This document shows, in pieces, positions 34,415 to 44,426 of a stretch of 64,000 bases of DNA (within the stretch, counting starts at the first letter, position 1; each line of letters opens with the position of its first letter). The stretch spans positions 3,043-67,042 of the forward strand of contig CAIZWU010000099.1 in NCBI GenBank assembly GCA_903936775.1, in the 5' to 3' direction. Both the position numbers and the translations under genes were made by a program. Source of the DNA: an uncultured bacterium. Lineage in GTDB: Bacteria; Verrucomicrobiota; Verrucomicrobiia; Verrucomicrobiales; V1-33. The notes under the pieces are model-generated. The model saw nothing but the letters and a program-made list of their open reading frames with translations, was not told the DNA's origin and did not search any database.

Positions 34415-35236
34415 ATGCCCCTTCTGGAAGTCACTGGCCTCAATGTCGCCTTCCGCTCTCCCCGGGGCGGTATGACGACGGCGGTCCACGGTTTCTCCCT
34501 CACTCTGGACCGCGGTGAAGCCCTCGCCGTGGTCGGTGAAAGCGGCAGCGGAAAAAGTGTCAGCGCCCTCGCCTTCGCCCGCCTCCTGCCCGAGCCCCCT
34601 GCCGTCATCACCGGTTCCATCCGGCTGGACGGCACGGAGGTACTTTCTCTGCGCGGCGAAGCCCTTCGCGCCATCCGGGGCCGCCGGATCGCCTACATTT
34701 TCCAGGAACCCTCCAGTGCTCTGAATCCGGTGTTCAGCATCCGCAGTCAACTGGCCGAAGTCATCACGACCCATCGCCCGGAAGTCACCGACATCGAAGC
34801 CGAATGCCTCCATTGGCTCAACGAAGTCGGCATCACCGACCCCGCCCGCCGGCTCGATGATTACCCGCACCAGCTGAGTGGGGGCATGCAGCAGCGGGTG
34901 ATGATCGCCATGGCCCTCGCCGGCCGCCCCGATCTGCTCATCGCGGACGAACCCACCACCGCGCTCGACGTCACGATCCAAAAGCAGATTATCGAACTCC
35001 TCGCCCAGCTTAAAAAAAAGCATGGCATGGCGGTGCTCATTATCACCCATAACTTTGGCATCATCCGGGGACTGGCTGACCGGGTGGCGGTGATGTACCG
35101 CGGCCAACTTGTAGAAACCGGTTCCACGGACGCAGTGCTTTCCCACCCGCAACATCCTTACACGCGCGCCCTGATCGACTGCATCCCGCGCCTTGGTCAA
35201 AAACGCCGCCGGCTCGCCACCATCGCCCCGGCCTGA
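34415..35236 (+). CDS. Peptide/nickel-type ABC transporter ATP-binding protein (orphan, DppD/OppD-like)
   Basis: Walker A GESGSGKS, signature LSGGMQQRV, Walker [13 protein letters not shown], and the C-terminal oligopeptide-type tail [11 protein letters not shown]. Confidence 0.9.
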   Translation: MPLLEVTGLNVAFRSPRGGMTTAVHGFSLTLDRGEALAVVGESGSGKSVSALAFARLLPEPPAVITGSIRLDGTEVLSLRGEALRAIRGRRIAYIFQEPSSALNPVFSIRSQLAEVITTHRPEVTDIEAECLHWLNEVGITDPARRLDDYPHQLSGGMQQRVMIAMALAGRPDLLIADEPTTALDVTIQKQIIELLAQLKKKHGMAVLIITHNFGIIRGLADRVAVMYRGQLVETGSTDAVLSHPQHPYTRALIDCIPRLGQKRRRLATIAPA

Positions 35237-35279
35237 CATCCCGCGGCCGTCCCTTCCCTGTTCCCGGCAGGAGCGGATT

Positions 35280-36065
35280 TCAATGACGCATCCGCAGCGC
35301 CGGCGCCGCCGCGAGCAGGGCTTTAGAATACTCGTGTTGCGGGGCAGCCATGAGGGCTTCCGTTTCCCCGAGTTCCACAATTTTGCCGCGATGCATCACG
35401 GCGGTGCGGTCGGCCAGATAGCGGACCACAGACAAATCGTGGGAGACGAAGAGCATGGTGAGCTGGAGCTCGCGGCTGAGCTTCAGGAGGAGGTTGATGA
35501 TCTGGGACTGGATGCTGACATCCAAGGCCGAGACCGGCTCGTCCGCGATAAGGAGGCGCGGCTCCGGCCCGAGGGCGCGGGCGATGGCAATGCGCTGGCG
35601 CTGTCCGCCGGAAAATTCGTGCGGGTATTTCAGAGCGGCGGTGGGGTCGAGACCCACGCGCTCCAGCAGTTTCTCCACCGCAGTCCAGCAGGCGGGGCCT
35701 GACAATTTTCCGGTGCGGGCCTGAATGGCTTCGGCGAGGGTGCTGAAGATGGTGAGGCGGGGATTCAGCGAAGCGTAGGGGTCCTGGAAGACCATTTGGA
35801 AATTGAGCCGGGCGGCGCGGAGTTGGCGGCCATCGAGCAGGGAAAGATCCTGCCCTTCCAGGATAATGCGCCCGCTGGTGAGGGGCTGCAGCTGCATAAT
35901 GGCGCGGGAGAGGGTGCTTTTCCCACAACCGGACTCGCCGACAAGGCCGAGGATTTCGCCCTTGGCGAGGGTGAGGCTGACGCCGTCCACGGCCAGGTTC
36001 GCGGGAGCACGGCCACGGCCGGGGAAAGAAACCGAAGCGTTATCAATGACAAGGAAATCACTCAT
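35280..36065 (-). CDS. Peptide ABC transporter ATP-binding protein (OppF/DppF-type)
   Basis: Start moved to ATG 36065, which forms an ATGA overlap with the upstream stop. Walker A GESGCGKST, signature FSGGQRQRI, Walker B LLIADEPVSALD. Confidence 0.9.
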   Translation of the reverse strand: MSDFLVIDNASVSFPGRGRAPANLAVDGVSLTLAKGEILGLVGESGCGKSTLSRAIMQLQPLTSGRIILEGQDLSLLDGRQLRAARLNFQMVFQDPYASLNPRLTIFSTLAEAIQARTGKLSGPACWTAVEKLLERVGLDPTAALKYPHEFSGGQRQRIAIARALGPEPRLLIADEPVSALDVSIQSQIINLLLKLSRELQLTMLFVSHDLSVVRYLADRTAVMHRGKIVELGETEALMAAPQHEYSKALLAAAPALRMRH

Positions 36066-37054
36066 AGTGGTAGTCCTCCTTCCACGCAGCCGGGACAGGC
36101 CTGGACCCAATGACCGGGCGCGATTTCCTGCAGCGGAGGCTGCCGGTCTATCAGGCAGAGGGCCTGCCGGCCGGGCGTCTGCCGGGCCCGGAAAGCGCAG
36201 CCGGAGGGGAGATAGCTGAGATCCGGCGGCAGGCCCGGGATGGTGTAGAGGGGCTCGCCTTTCTTTTGCAGGGCGGGGATGGAGCGCATCAGGGCGCGGG
36301 TGTAAGCGTGGCGCGGGTGGGCAAACAGATCCGCCGCAGCGGCGGACTCCACGAGGCGGCCGGCATACATGACATTGACCACATCACAGACTTCATGCAC
36401 CACCGCGAGGTCGTGGGTGATGAACACGACGGCAATACCTAGCCGTTTTTGCAGATCCTTGATCAAGTCCAGCACCTGCTGCTGGATGGTGACATCCAAG
36501 GCAGTAGTCGGCTCGTCCGCGATAAGGAGTTCCGGCCGGGTGATGAGCGCCATGGCGATCATGACGCGCTGCCGCATACCGCCGGAGAACTCGTGCGGAT
36601 ACTGCTCCATACGGGTGGTTGGCTCGGGGATACCGACCTCTTTCAGGGCTGCGATGCCGCGCTTCCAGGCGGCGGCCTTGTCCAGCCCCTCATGCAGGCG
36701 CAGCGGCTCCACCAGCTGGCTGCCGATCTTCAGATAAGGATTCAACGAGGTCATCGGGTCCTGGAAGATCATGCTGATGCGGCTGCCGCGCACTTTCTGC
36801 AGTTCCTTCTCCGAAAGTTTCAGCAGGTCCAGCCCGCCAAACATGGCGGTGCCGCCTTCGATGCGGCCGGGGGGCTGGGGGATCAGGCCGAGCAGCGAAT
36901 AACAAGTCACCGATTTTCCGGAACCGCTCTCACCGACGATGCCGACGGTCTGGCCGGCCCCGACCTTCAGGGAAACCCGGTCCACGGCACGCACCACCCC
37001 ATTGCGGGTGTGGAAGGAGACCTGGAGGTCTTTGACATCGAGAACGGCACTCAT
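36062..37054 (-). CDS. Peptide ABC transporter ATP-binding protein (OppD/DppD-type)
   Basis: Walker A GESGSGKS, signature FSGGMRQRV, Walker [13 protein letters not shown], plus a C-terminal Cys-containing oligopeptide extension. Confidence 0.9.
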   Translation of the reverse strand: MSAVLDVKDLQVSFHTRNGVVRAVDRVSLKVGAGQTVGIVGESGSGKSVTCYSLLGLIPQPPGRIEGGTAMFGGLDLLKLSEKELQKVRGSRISMIFQDPMTSLNPYLKIGSQLVEPLRLHEGLDKAAAWKRGIAALKEVGIPEPTTRMEQYPHEFSGGMRQRVMIAMALITRPELLIADEPTTALDVTIQQQVLDLIKDLQKRLGIAVVFITHDLAVVHEVCDVVNVMYAGRLVESAAAADLFAHPRHAYTRALMRSIPALQKKGEPLYTIPGLPPDLSYLPSGCAFRARQTPGRQALCLIDRQPPLQEIAPGHWVQACPGCVEGGLPL

Positions 37055-37093
37055 GAAGGAAGGAAAAGGGAAAGCGGTCGGGGTGGCATGGGA

Positions 37094-38017
37094 TCAATCT
37101 TTTCCGCCGCGCACATCCAGCGCATCGCGCAGGCCGTCGCCGGCAAAGTTGAGGCAAAACAAGGTGATGGAGAAAAAGGCGGCGGGATAGATCAGGAGCC
37201 AGGGACTGGTCTCCATGTTGGTGGCACCATCATCGATCAGGGTGCCCCACGAGCTGTCAGGGGGTTGCACACCCAGTCCGAGAAAACTCAGCGCAGCCTC
37301 CAGCAGCATGACCGCGGGAACGGTGAGGGTGGCGTAAACGATGACGGGGCCGAGGACGTTGGGGATGATGTGGCGGAAGAGGATGACGGCGGTGGAGAGG
37401 CCGAGGGAGCGGGCCGCTTCCACAAATTCCTGGCGGGCGAGGCCCTGCACCTGGGCGCGCACGATGCGGGACATGGTGAGCCACTCCACCGCGCCGATGG
37501 CCATGTACATGAGGAGCATGCTTTTGCCGAACATGGTGGTCAGCAAAATAACAAAGATCATGAAGGGCAGCGCGTAGAGCACATCGACAAAACGCATCAT
37601 CACGGCATCGGTGCGGCCGCCGAGGTAGCCGGCGGTGGCGCCATATGCGACCCCGATCAGCAGCGCGACACTGGTGGCGACCAACCCCACCATGAGCGAC
37701 ACCTGGCCGCCGCGCATGATGCGGGTCAGCAGATCGCGGCCCAGGGTATCCGTGCCGAACCAGTGTTTGGCCATGGAGCCGTCCGCGAGGGTTTCCATGG
37801 TCCCGGGAGGCGAGGCTTTGAGGGCGAGATTGGTGACCTCCGGATTCCACGGGGACAGGCGCGGGCCCACAAAACAAATAAGCACGACGGCGATCAGCAC
37901 GAAGCCGCAGGCGACTGCGAGGTGGTTTTTGCGAAGGCGCGCCCAGGCGTCCTGCCAAAGCGAGCGGCCGGGACGGATCGCCGGAGCGAGGGTGGCGGGG
38001 ATGACGGCGGTGCTCAT
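37094..38017 (-). CDS. Peptide ABC transporter permease (OppC/DppC-type)
   Basis: Six-TM BPD-transporter permease with EAA-type loop (EFVEAARSLGLSTAVILFRHIIPN). Its start overlaps the upstream gene's stop by 4 nt. Confidence 0.9.
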   Translation of the reverse strand: MSTAVIPATLAPAIRPGRSLWQDAWARLRKNHLAVACGFVLIAVVLICFVGPRLSPWNPEVTNLALKASPPGTMETLADGSMAKHWFGTDTLGRDLLTRIMRGGQVSLMVGLVATSVALLIGVAYGATAGYLGGRTDAVMMRFVDVLYALPFMIFVILLTTMFGKSMLLMYMAIGAVEWLTMSRIVRAQVQGLARQEFVEAARSLGLSTAVILFRHIIPNVLGPVIVYATLTVPAVMLLEAALSFLGLGVQPPDSSWGTLIDDGATNMETSPWLLIYPAAFFSITLFCLNFAGDGLRDALDVRGGKD

Positions 38018-38931
38018 GAAAGGCGCACTTTTGGGTTGATCCAGGCGACCAATAGATCAGTCAGGAAATTCACTGCCACCAGCAGCACGGCGTAGAGCAC
38101 CACGGTGGCGAGGATCAGGCTGTAGTCGCGGTTGAAGACGGAGGACACAAAATGCTGGCCGAGGCCAGGGAGGTTGAAGATTTTTTCAATGATAAAGGAA
38201 CCGGTGGTGATGCCGGCCAGAGCCGGGCCAAGAAAGGCCACCACCGGCAGCAGGCCACCGCGCAAGGCATGCACCAGCACCACCCTCCAGCCGGGCACAC
38301 CTTTGGCCCGGGCAGTTCGGATGTAGTCCTGATTCAACACCTCCAGCATGCCGCCGCGGGTCATCCGGGCGATGTAGGCAGCGTAGATCAATCCCATGGT
38401 CACGGCGGGCAGGACCCAGTCGGTTTTCTCAAACCAGCCCGCGACATTGAAGAGGCGCCATTTCAGCCCGAAGATGGCAATGAGAATAGGACCCATGACA
38501 AAAGTGGGCAGGCAAATCCCGATCAGGGCGAGGGACATCGGACCGTAGTCCAGCCAGGTATTTTTCCTGACGGCGGCGATGATGCCCGCCGGCAATCCAA
38601 GGCCGAGGGCGACGCCAAGGGCACTCAGGCCGATGATGAGGGAGATGGGAAAGGCGTCCTTGATGATTTTGCTGTTCCACATGCCCTGGTAGCTCATGGA
38701 GGGCAGCAGGTCGCCTTTCAGATAGGAGCCCATGGTGGTGAAATATTGGACCGCGAGGGGTTTGTCCAAACCGTAGCGCTCCACCAGCACCTTCCGCACA
38801 TCGGGCGGCATGGCCTTGGGGCTGGCGAAGGGATCGCCGGGGGCCAGCCGGATCATGAAAAAAGTGAGGCTGAAGACCACGAGAATGACCACGATGGACT
38901 GGGCGAGCCGGTTGAGCGTAAATCGGAGCAT
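38014..38931 (-). CDS. Peptide ABC transporter permease (OppB/DppB-type)
   Basis: Start moved to ATG 38931 (MLRFTLNRLAQSIVVILVV), 8 nt after the substrate-binding-protein stop. EAA loop DYIRTARAKGVPGWRVVLVHALR. Confidence 0.9.
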   Translation of the reverse strand: MLRFTLNRLAQSIVVILVVFSLTFFMIRLAPGDPFASPKAMPPDVRKVLVERYGLDKPLAVQYFTTMGSYLKGDLLPSMSYQGMWNSKIIKDAFPISLIIGLSALGVALGLGLPAGIIAAVRKNTWLDYGPMSLALIGICLPTFVMGPILIAIFGLKWRLFNVAGWFEKTDWVLPAVTMGLIYAAYIARMTRGGMLEVLNQDYIRTARAKGVPGWRVVLVHALRGGLLPVVAFLGPALAGITTGSFIIEKIFNLPGLGQHFVSSVFNRDYSLILATVVLYAVLLVAVNFLTDLLVAWINPKVRLS

Positions 38932-38938
38932 AACAGGT

Positions 38939-40597
38939 TCAGTTCCGGTTGAGTTCCGCGTCCATGGAGGACGCCGGCGGTGGATAAACGAGATCAAGGT
39001 GGTACCAGACCGGATTGTCCAGCAGCCGCTGCGGCCAATGCTTCACCGCCGGATGGATCAGCCGGGTACGGGTGCCGAAGTAGAGCGGCAGCACGGGCGA
39101 GTCGCGCATGAGGATGCCTTCTGCCTTGGTGAGGATGGCGAGGCGTTCCTGGGCATCGGCGCATTGTTTGGCATCGGCGAGCAGTTGATCGAAGTCCTTG
39201 TTGCTCCAGCCGGTCTCGTTGTTGCCACCATCGGTCATCCACATATCGATGAAAGTCGCGGGATCAAAGTAATCCGCATTCCACCCTGCCCAGCAAATAT
39301 CGTAATCCAGCTTCTGCTGCGAGGTGAGATAAACACTGAAGTCCTGCTGGGTCACTCCGACGGAAATGCCGAGGTTTTGCCGCCACATGGCCTGCACGGC
39401 TTCGGCGATCTGGCGGGAGGCTTCGTTTTTCGAAATCAGGATATTGAATTTGGGAAATCCTTTCCCCTCTGGGAATCCGGCTTCGGCGAGGAGGCGCTTG
39501 GCCTGCGGCAGATCAAAGCTGAATTCCTTCACCTGCGTGTAGCCTGCCATCGGCGGCACCATGCCTGCGGCCGGCTGCTGGCGCGCCCGCAGCACGTTGT
39601 CGATGATGCTTTTCCGGTCGAGGGCGAAGGCGAGGGCGCGCCGCACCCGCACATCCGAGAGAGCCGTGCGGGTGGTATTGACCCGGAAATACCACGAGGC
39701 ACAATTCGTGTAGTTGCTGACAATGTCAGGGTGGTTTTTCAGGTAGTCCGGAATCCGGGACAACGGCGTGGAATAGGTCGCATGCAGTTGCCCCCGCCGG
39801 AAGAGGCGCTCCTCCACGGCATCATCGTCGATCGAGTAGAAACGCACGCCGTCGAGCTTCACGTTGGCTGCGTCCCAGTAGTGGGGATTCCGCTCCACTT
39901 GGAGATACTGGCGGAAAAGATAACGTTTGAGCTTGAAGGGACCATTGCCCACCAGCTTGTCCTCGTCCGTCCAGGGATTCATCACGTCGTAGATGCCGCC
40001 ATGTTTCTCAATGACATGCCGGGGCACCGGCCACCATGAAGTGTGGCAGGCGATGAGCGGGAAATGCGGGGTGGGACCGACAAGGGTGAGCTCCAGCGTG
40101 GCGTCATCCAGTGCGCGGGCGCCGAGTTCCTCTTCCTTGACCTTGCCTTCATAAAGCGGGAGGCCGTTTTTCAGCAGGTAGAGCATCTCAGCATACTGAG
40201 CCCCCAGTTCTTTCCGCAGCATGCGGCGGTAGGACCAGACAAAATCATGGGCGGTGAAAGGCGTGCCGTCGGACCATTTGGCGTTTTTTTGCAGATGAAA
40301 AGTCCAGACCGATTTGTCCGCGTTTGCTTCCCATTTTTCGGCCATGCCGGGCTCCACATCCTTGTCGCTGTCGCGGTTTTCGCTCACCAGTCCCTGATAA
40401 AGCGAGAGCATGATGTGGTGTTCGGTGACGCTGTTGCAGCGCTGGAGGTCGAGGAAGCGGGGTTCGGCTTTGTTGTTGATCAGGAAAATCTTTTCCCTGG
40501 CTCCCTCCCGGGCATTGATGGGGTCCGCACCGCAGCCGGTCAGGCCTGCCGTGGCAAGCACGGAGCAAAGGAGGAACAACAATCGAAGGGGGGGCAT
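38939..40597 (-). CDS. Peptide ABC transporter substrate-binding lipoprotein (family 5)
   Basis: Lipobox LATAGLTGC. SBP_bac_5-type body (WSDGTPFTAHDFVWSY ... VERNPHYWDA). First gene of the five-gene operon. Confidence 0.88.
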   Translation of the reverse strand: MPPLRLLFLLCSVLATAGLTGCGADPINAREGAREKIFLINNKAEPRFLDLQRCNSVTEHHIMLSLYQGLVSENRDSDKDVEPGMAEKWEANADKSVWTFHLQKNAKWSDGTPFTAHDFVWSYRRMLRKELGAQYAEMLYLLKNGLPLYEGKVKEEELGARALDDATLELTLVGPTPHFPLIACHTSWWPVPRHVIEKHGGIYDVMNPWTDEDKLVGNGPFKLKRYLFRQYLQVERNPHYWDAANVKLDGVRFYSIDDDAVEERLFRRGQLHATYSTPLSRIPDYLKNHPDIVSNYTNCASWYFRVNTTRTALSDVRVRRALAFALDRKSIIDNVLRARQQPAAGMVPPMAGYTQVKEFSFDLPQAKRLLAEAGFPEGKGFPKFNILISKNEASRQIAEAVQAMWRQNLGISVGVTQQDFSVYLTSQQKLDYDICWAGWNADYFDPATFIDMWMTDGGNNETGWSNKDFDQLLADAKQCADAQERLAILTKAEGILMRDSPVLPLYFGTRTRLIHPAVKHWPQRLLDNPVWYHLDLVYPPPASSMDAELNRN

Positions 40598-40706
40598 AGG
40601 CGGGGATACCTATGGATGCACCGCATCCGCTGTGCCAGAAAAATCCTTGGATTATGCGGGGATGACGACACTTTCTGGCTGGCTACCGTACAGCCCGATG
40701 AAGTAG

Positions 40707-42338
40707 ATGGGAGAAATGTCCGGTAAATATCAGAAGGGAATCAAAATTGCATTATGGGTGGCGCTGATCAACGGCGAGGCGGCGGCGGCCCCGCTGCCGG
40801 GTGAGGCAATTTTTCTCGAAAAGTGCGCAATGTGCCACCTGCCCGGCGGCCAGGGAGCTCCGCCGGCTTTTCCTCCCCTGGCGGGCAGCGACTGGTTGAA
40901 GGGGGACCGGCCCCGGAATATCCGCGTCCTTTGCGAAGGGTTGGAAGGCAGGATCGTGGTCAACGGGACGGAATATCACAACGTGATGCCCGCTCAGGTG
41001 CTGGACGATACCCAGGTGGCCGCGGTCCTGACTTACGTGACCAATGCGTGGGGCAATCAGGCCGCGCCCTACACTACCGCAGAGGTGAAGCAGGCCCGGG
41101 CGGGTTCGCGTTTCCCGACCTTCGCGGAGCTGGAGAAAGCCTCCGCCTACCCCCCCCTGCCCCCGGCCCCGGCAGGCTGGACCCTGCGCGAAGTGGTGCA
41201 ACTCCCCGCGCTTTGCACCCGGCTGGCCGGTGGCAACGGCGGGCCGGTATATGTCCTGAGCGAACACGGCATCATCTACCGGTTGGACCAAGGGGCCGGG
41301 GTGCCATGGATTCTGCCCGCGGATTATGCGGACCTGAGCATCGGATCTCTCAACACGCTGGGGATGACACTGGGACCGGACGGAAGGCTCTGGGTCGTGA
41401 GCAATCAAAAGACCTCGGCCGACGTGGCGGTAGAGACGAATGTGGTGACGATCTGGCGGAGCGGGCCGATCCAGGGAACCGATGCCCCGAAACTGAAACC
41501 TTGGTTCCGCACCCGTTATCCCTGGGGCGTGGGACCCTACAATCACGGGGTAAGCCACCTCGCCTTCGGCCCGGACGGCATGTTGTACGTGAGCAGCGGA
41601 TCGCGCACCGACGGAGGTGAGGACGGCGCCGTGCCCCGGATTTCCAAGGAGGGAGAAACGGATATCACTGCCTGTCTCTGGCGGATGGACCCCGCGGCCG
41701 CCACACCCAAGATTGAAGTGGTCGCCCGTGGCATCCGGAATGCTTATGGATTTGCGTGGACCCCGGAGGGACAGCTGTTCACGGTGAGCAACGGTCCGGA
41801 TGCCGATGCCCCGGAGGAAATGGATGCCATCGTGACCGGAAACCATTACGGATTTCCCTATCAATTCTCCGATTGGCCATTGACCCCGAAGCCCTACCCG
41901 CACACGCCGGAGCCCCCGGCTGGCCTGACTTTTTCCCAGCCGGTGCTCAATCTCGGGCCATCGGCCGGCGGAGGCAAAACGGGAGGACTGGCGACCTTTG
42001 ACGCCCACTCCAGTCCCGCCGGGATGATGTGGTGTGGGGATGACTATCCGGAACCGTTGCGCGGCGGATTTCTCGTCACCCGTTTTGGCAATCTGCTCGC
42101 CACCCCGCAGGATGCCGGATTTGACCTGCTCCGGGTGGCCCTGAGATCCCCCAGGGAAAGCGGACGCTGGCAGGCCGGGGTAAGCACCATCCTCGCCCCG
42201 CTGGGCCGCCCGATTGATGTGCTGGCCAATGGTCAGGGCAAGGTGCTGATTCTGGAATACACCCGTCCCACGGACTTCAAGAGCCGGGTGGGCTGGCTGC
42301 CCGGGCGGATCCTGGAACTGGCCCCGGCCGCAAAGTGA
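40707..42338 (+). CDS. c-type cytochrome domain fused to PQQ-dependent sugar (glucose/sorbosone) dehydrogenase-like beta-propeller
   Basis: CxxCH heme site (KCAMCHLPGG) with distal Met region (YHNVMPAQ). Propeller blocks GIRNAYGFAWTPEGQLFTVSNGPDADAPEEMDAIVTGNHYGFPY. Confidence 0.8.
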   Translation: MGEMSGKYQKGIKIALWVALINGEAAAAPLPGEAIFLEKCAMCHLPGGQGAPPAFPPLAGSDWLKGDRPRNIRVLCEGLEGRIVVNGTEYHNVMPAQVLDDTQVAAVLTYVTNAWGNQAAPYTTAEVKQARAGSRFPTFAELEKASAYPPLPPAPAGWTLREVVQLPALCTRLAGGNGGPVYVLSEHGIIYRLDQGAGVPWILPADYADLSIGSLNTLGMTLGPDGRLWVVSNQKTSADVAVETNVVTIWRSGPIQGTDAPKLKPWFRTRYPWGVGPYNHGVSHLAFGPDGMLYVSSGSRTDGGEDGAVPRISKEGETDITACLWRMDPAAATPKIEVVARGIRNAYGFAWTPEGQLFTVSNGPDADAPEEMDAIVTGNHYGFPYQFSDWPLTPKPYPHTPEPPAGLTFSQPVLNLGPSAGGGKTGGLATFDAHSSPAGMMWCGDDYPEPLRGGFLVTRFGNLLATPQDAGFDLLRVALRSPRESGRWQAGVSTILAPLGRPIDVLANGQGKVLILEYTRPTDFKSRVGWLPGRILELAPAAK

Positions 42339-42349
42339 AGACAAAAAGA

Positions 42350-42380
42350 ATGGCCTGGGGCACCGCGTGCCCCAGGCCAT
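42350..42380. terminator. Intrinsic terminator hairpin between convergent genes
   Basis: Perfect 14-bp stem ATGGCCTGGGGCAC / GTGCCCCAGGCCAT with a 3-nt loop. On the - strand it is followed by TTCTTTTTGTC, a U-tract for the greA-like gene. Confidence 0.7.
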
Positions 42381-42416
42381 CCCTGACAACTGATCACGGA
42401 ATCCGCTCCGTTCCGT

Positions 42417-44291
42417 CTACGACTGCGCTTCGTAAGGAGTAGGATCCACCTTGGCGAGCTTGGTGATTTTCACGTGGCGCGTGATGGCGGAGTCCTCGCT
42501 GGGGAGATCCACCGCGTCGCCTACGGACTTATTGAGCAGGGCCTGGGCGCTGACCGAAAGGTAGGAAATGATGTTGTCCTCGATCTTCGTATCCCAGGCT
42601 CCCAGGATGCTGAAGGTCTCCTCCTTGCCGGACTCGTCGTCAAGATAGGTGACCACGGTACCCACGCTGACGAGCGCGTCGGAAGCGTCGGAGAAGTCCG
42701 TGCCCTTGGCCCGGTTGAGATCGCGTTCGATGTCGAAGCGGCGGCGTGAAAGGACGAGGGAATATTCCTTGGCGGACTTGAATTCGAAGTTTTCGCGCAG
42801 GTCGCCGTATTCGCGGGCGATCGAGATGTCTTCGATGTTCTTGGGAATCTCGACCTGGATGAGGTGTTCGTAGACCTTGCGCTTTTCCGTCAGGCTGGTC
42901 CAGGAAACCAGCAGGGTTTCCTCCTGCTCTTCCTGTCTTTCATTGCCACGTTCGGTGATGATATCTTCGAGATCCGGATGGAGGCGGATGAAACGGGCCA
43001 GCAGGGAGCGTTTGCCCATCTCTTCGATCCCGGGGGAAAGCATCACCTGACGGGCGAAGTTGCGCGCCTGGGCGATCTCACCGAGAGCCAGGAAATCCTT
43101 GATGATCTCCTTGTCGGCGAGGAGGAAGTCATTGATGCGGTTCGCCTTGCGGTTGGCCTCATCGAAGTGGTCGCGCTCAATGGCGCTGAGCATGGCCTTG
43201 GAAAGCTCGAGGCTGAAAACGGCGGCACCGGCTCCTTTGCGTTCCTTGCCGAGCCAGACCAGCACTTCCGAGGAGAGGCTGCGCTGGGTGATGCCGGTGA
43301 GGAGGAACTTGTTGAAAGGACCATCATAACCTTTTTCCTTCAGCACGGAGGCGAGTTCGCCAAGGCTGCGCTGGCTGAGGCGGTTCATCAGCGGCAGCAG
43401 GCTGGCCACTCCGGCATCGCCCGTGGCGTCCACCAAGGCATCGAAGACGCGGCGTTGGCGGGAAACAGCCAGGCTGCCGACACATTCCGCAAGGCGGGGG
43501 CCTTCCGCCGCAATTGCTTTGGCGAGGGCCGGGGAAACGTCATCATGCAGCGCCTTCACCTTGTCGCGCAGTTCATCGCGGGAAAGAATCAGGTCGAGCG
43601 CCTCGACGGGACGGAGGCGGAGATTCTGGGTCGCCGCGTCGTCGGCTTCCTTGATCACGGCTTCGAGGACAGCTTGGTCCTGGAAGAGCTCCAACTCGCG
43701 GGTGATGGCATCCAAGGCCTTGCCTTTACCTTTCAGGTCACGTGCTTTACGGAAGTCGGAGAGGAGCGCATCGGCGGGGCTGAGGTCGCCGCCGCGCAGC
43801 TCCAGTGGGAGGTTTCGTTTGGCAGGGACGATGAATTCAGGGCGGCTGCGAAGTTCTTTCTTACAGGACTCCCACCATCCCTTGAAGGCACCTTCAGCCA
43901 CGATCTTCGGTTTCACGACGGCCTCAAAAGCATCGAGGGACATGCTGCCTTTATGGCTTTCCAGCACGGCACGCACCAAAGCAGGTTTGTCGTCCTTGGC
44001 CAGCTTCTGCAGCGAACCCGGATCAGCGTGGCGGCGGGCAAAAATGTGGGTATCCGACACCGCGTCGAGGGATTTGGCAGCGAATTCGACTTTCAGGGAA
44101 TGCCCCTTCTTGTCTTCAAAATCGACGATGACCTGATCTGCATCCAGTTTCCACTCGGCGATACGGCCTACCCCCCAGCTCTTGTGAAAGCAATAAGTGC
44201 CGGGTTCCAAGGCGGACATGCGGGGAGCCAGGATGCCTTGGAGTTTGCCGTTGGCGACGAGTTTTGAAATCTCAGGATGGACGGTGGACAT
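42417..44291 (-). CDS. greA: Long GreA-family transcription elongation factor with roughly 460-aa N-terminal extension
   Basis: Start moved to ATG 44291 (MSTVHPEISK). The C-terminal ~160 aa is a complete GreA: coiled-coil tip EYGDLRENFEFKSAKE, then FKBP-like domain VSVGTVVTYLD ... FSILGAW ... ISYLSVSAQALLNKSVGDAVDLP. The N-terminus has a CarD/TRCF-RID-like segment (YCFHKSWGVGRIAEWK). Confidence 0.8.
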   Translation of the reverse strand: MSTVHPEISKLVANGKLQGILAPRMSALEPGTYCFHKSWGVGRIAEWKLDADQVIVDFEDKKGHSLKVEFAAKSLDAVSDTHIFARRHADPGSLQKLAKDDKPALVRAVLESHKGSMSLDAFEAVVKPKIVAEGAFKGWWESCKKELRSRPEFIVPAKRNLPLELRGGDLSPADALLSDFRKARDLKGKGKALDAITRELELFQDQAVLEAVIKEADDAATQNLRLRPVEALDLILSRDELRDKVKALHDDVSPALAKAIAAEGPRLAECVGSLAVSRQRRVFDALVDATGDAGVASLLPLMNRLSQRSLGELASVLKEKGYDGPFNKFLLTGITQRSLSSEVLVWLGKERKGAGAAVFSLELSKAMLSAIERDHFDEANRKANRINDFLLADKEIIKDFLALGEIAQARNFARQVMLSPGIEEMGKRSLLARFIRLHPDLEDIITERGNERQEEQEETLLVSWTSLTEKRKVYEHLIQVEIPKNIEDISIAREYGDLRENFEFKSAKEYSLVLSRRRFDIERDLNRAKGTDFSDASDALVSVGTVVTYLDDESGKEETFSILGAWDTKIEDNIISYLSVSAQALLNKSVGDAVDLPSEDSAITRHVKITKLAKVDPTPYEAQS

Positions 44292-44426
44292 AGGGAATGG
44301 GGGACACGGAAAAACTGCTGCCCCCGCCGCAGACAACGGGGGAATCACAGTCATCGGTGATCCCCCCCTCCGTTGCAAGGCGAGAATGCCCGTAGGCTAC
44401 AGGGGGAAGTTTTGAGCCTCCACGGT

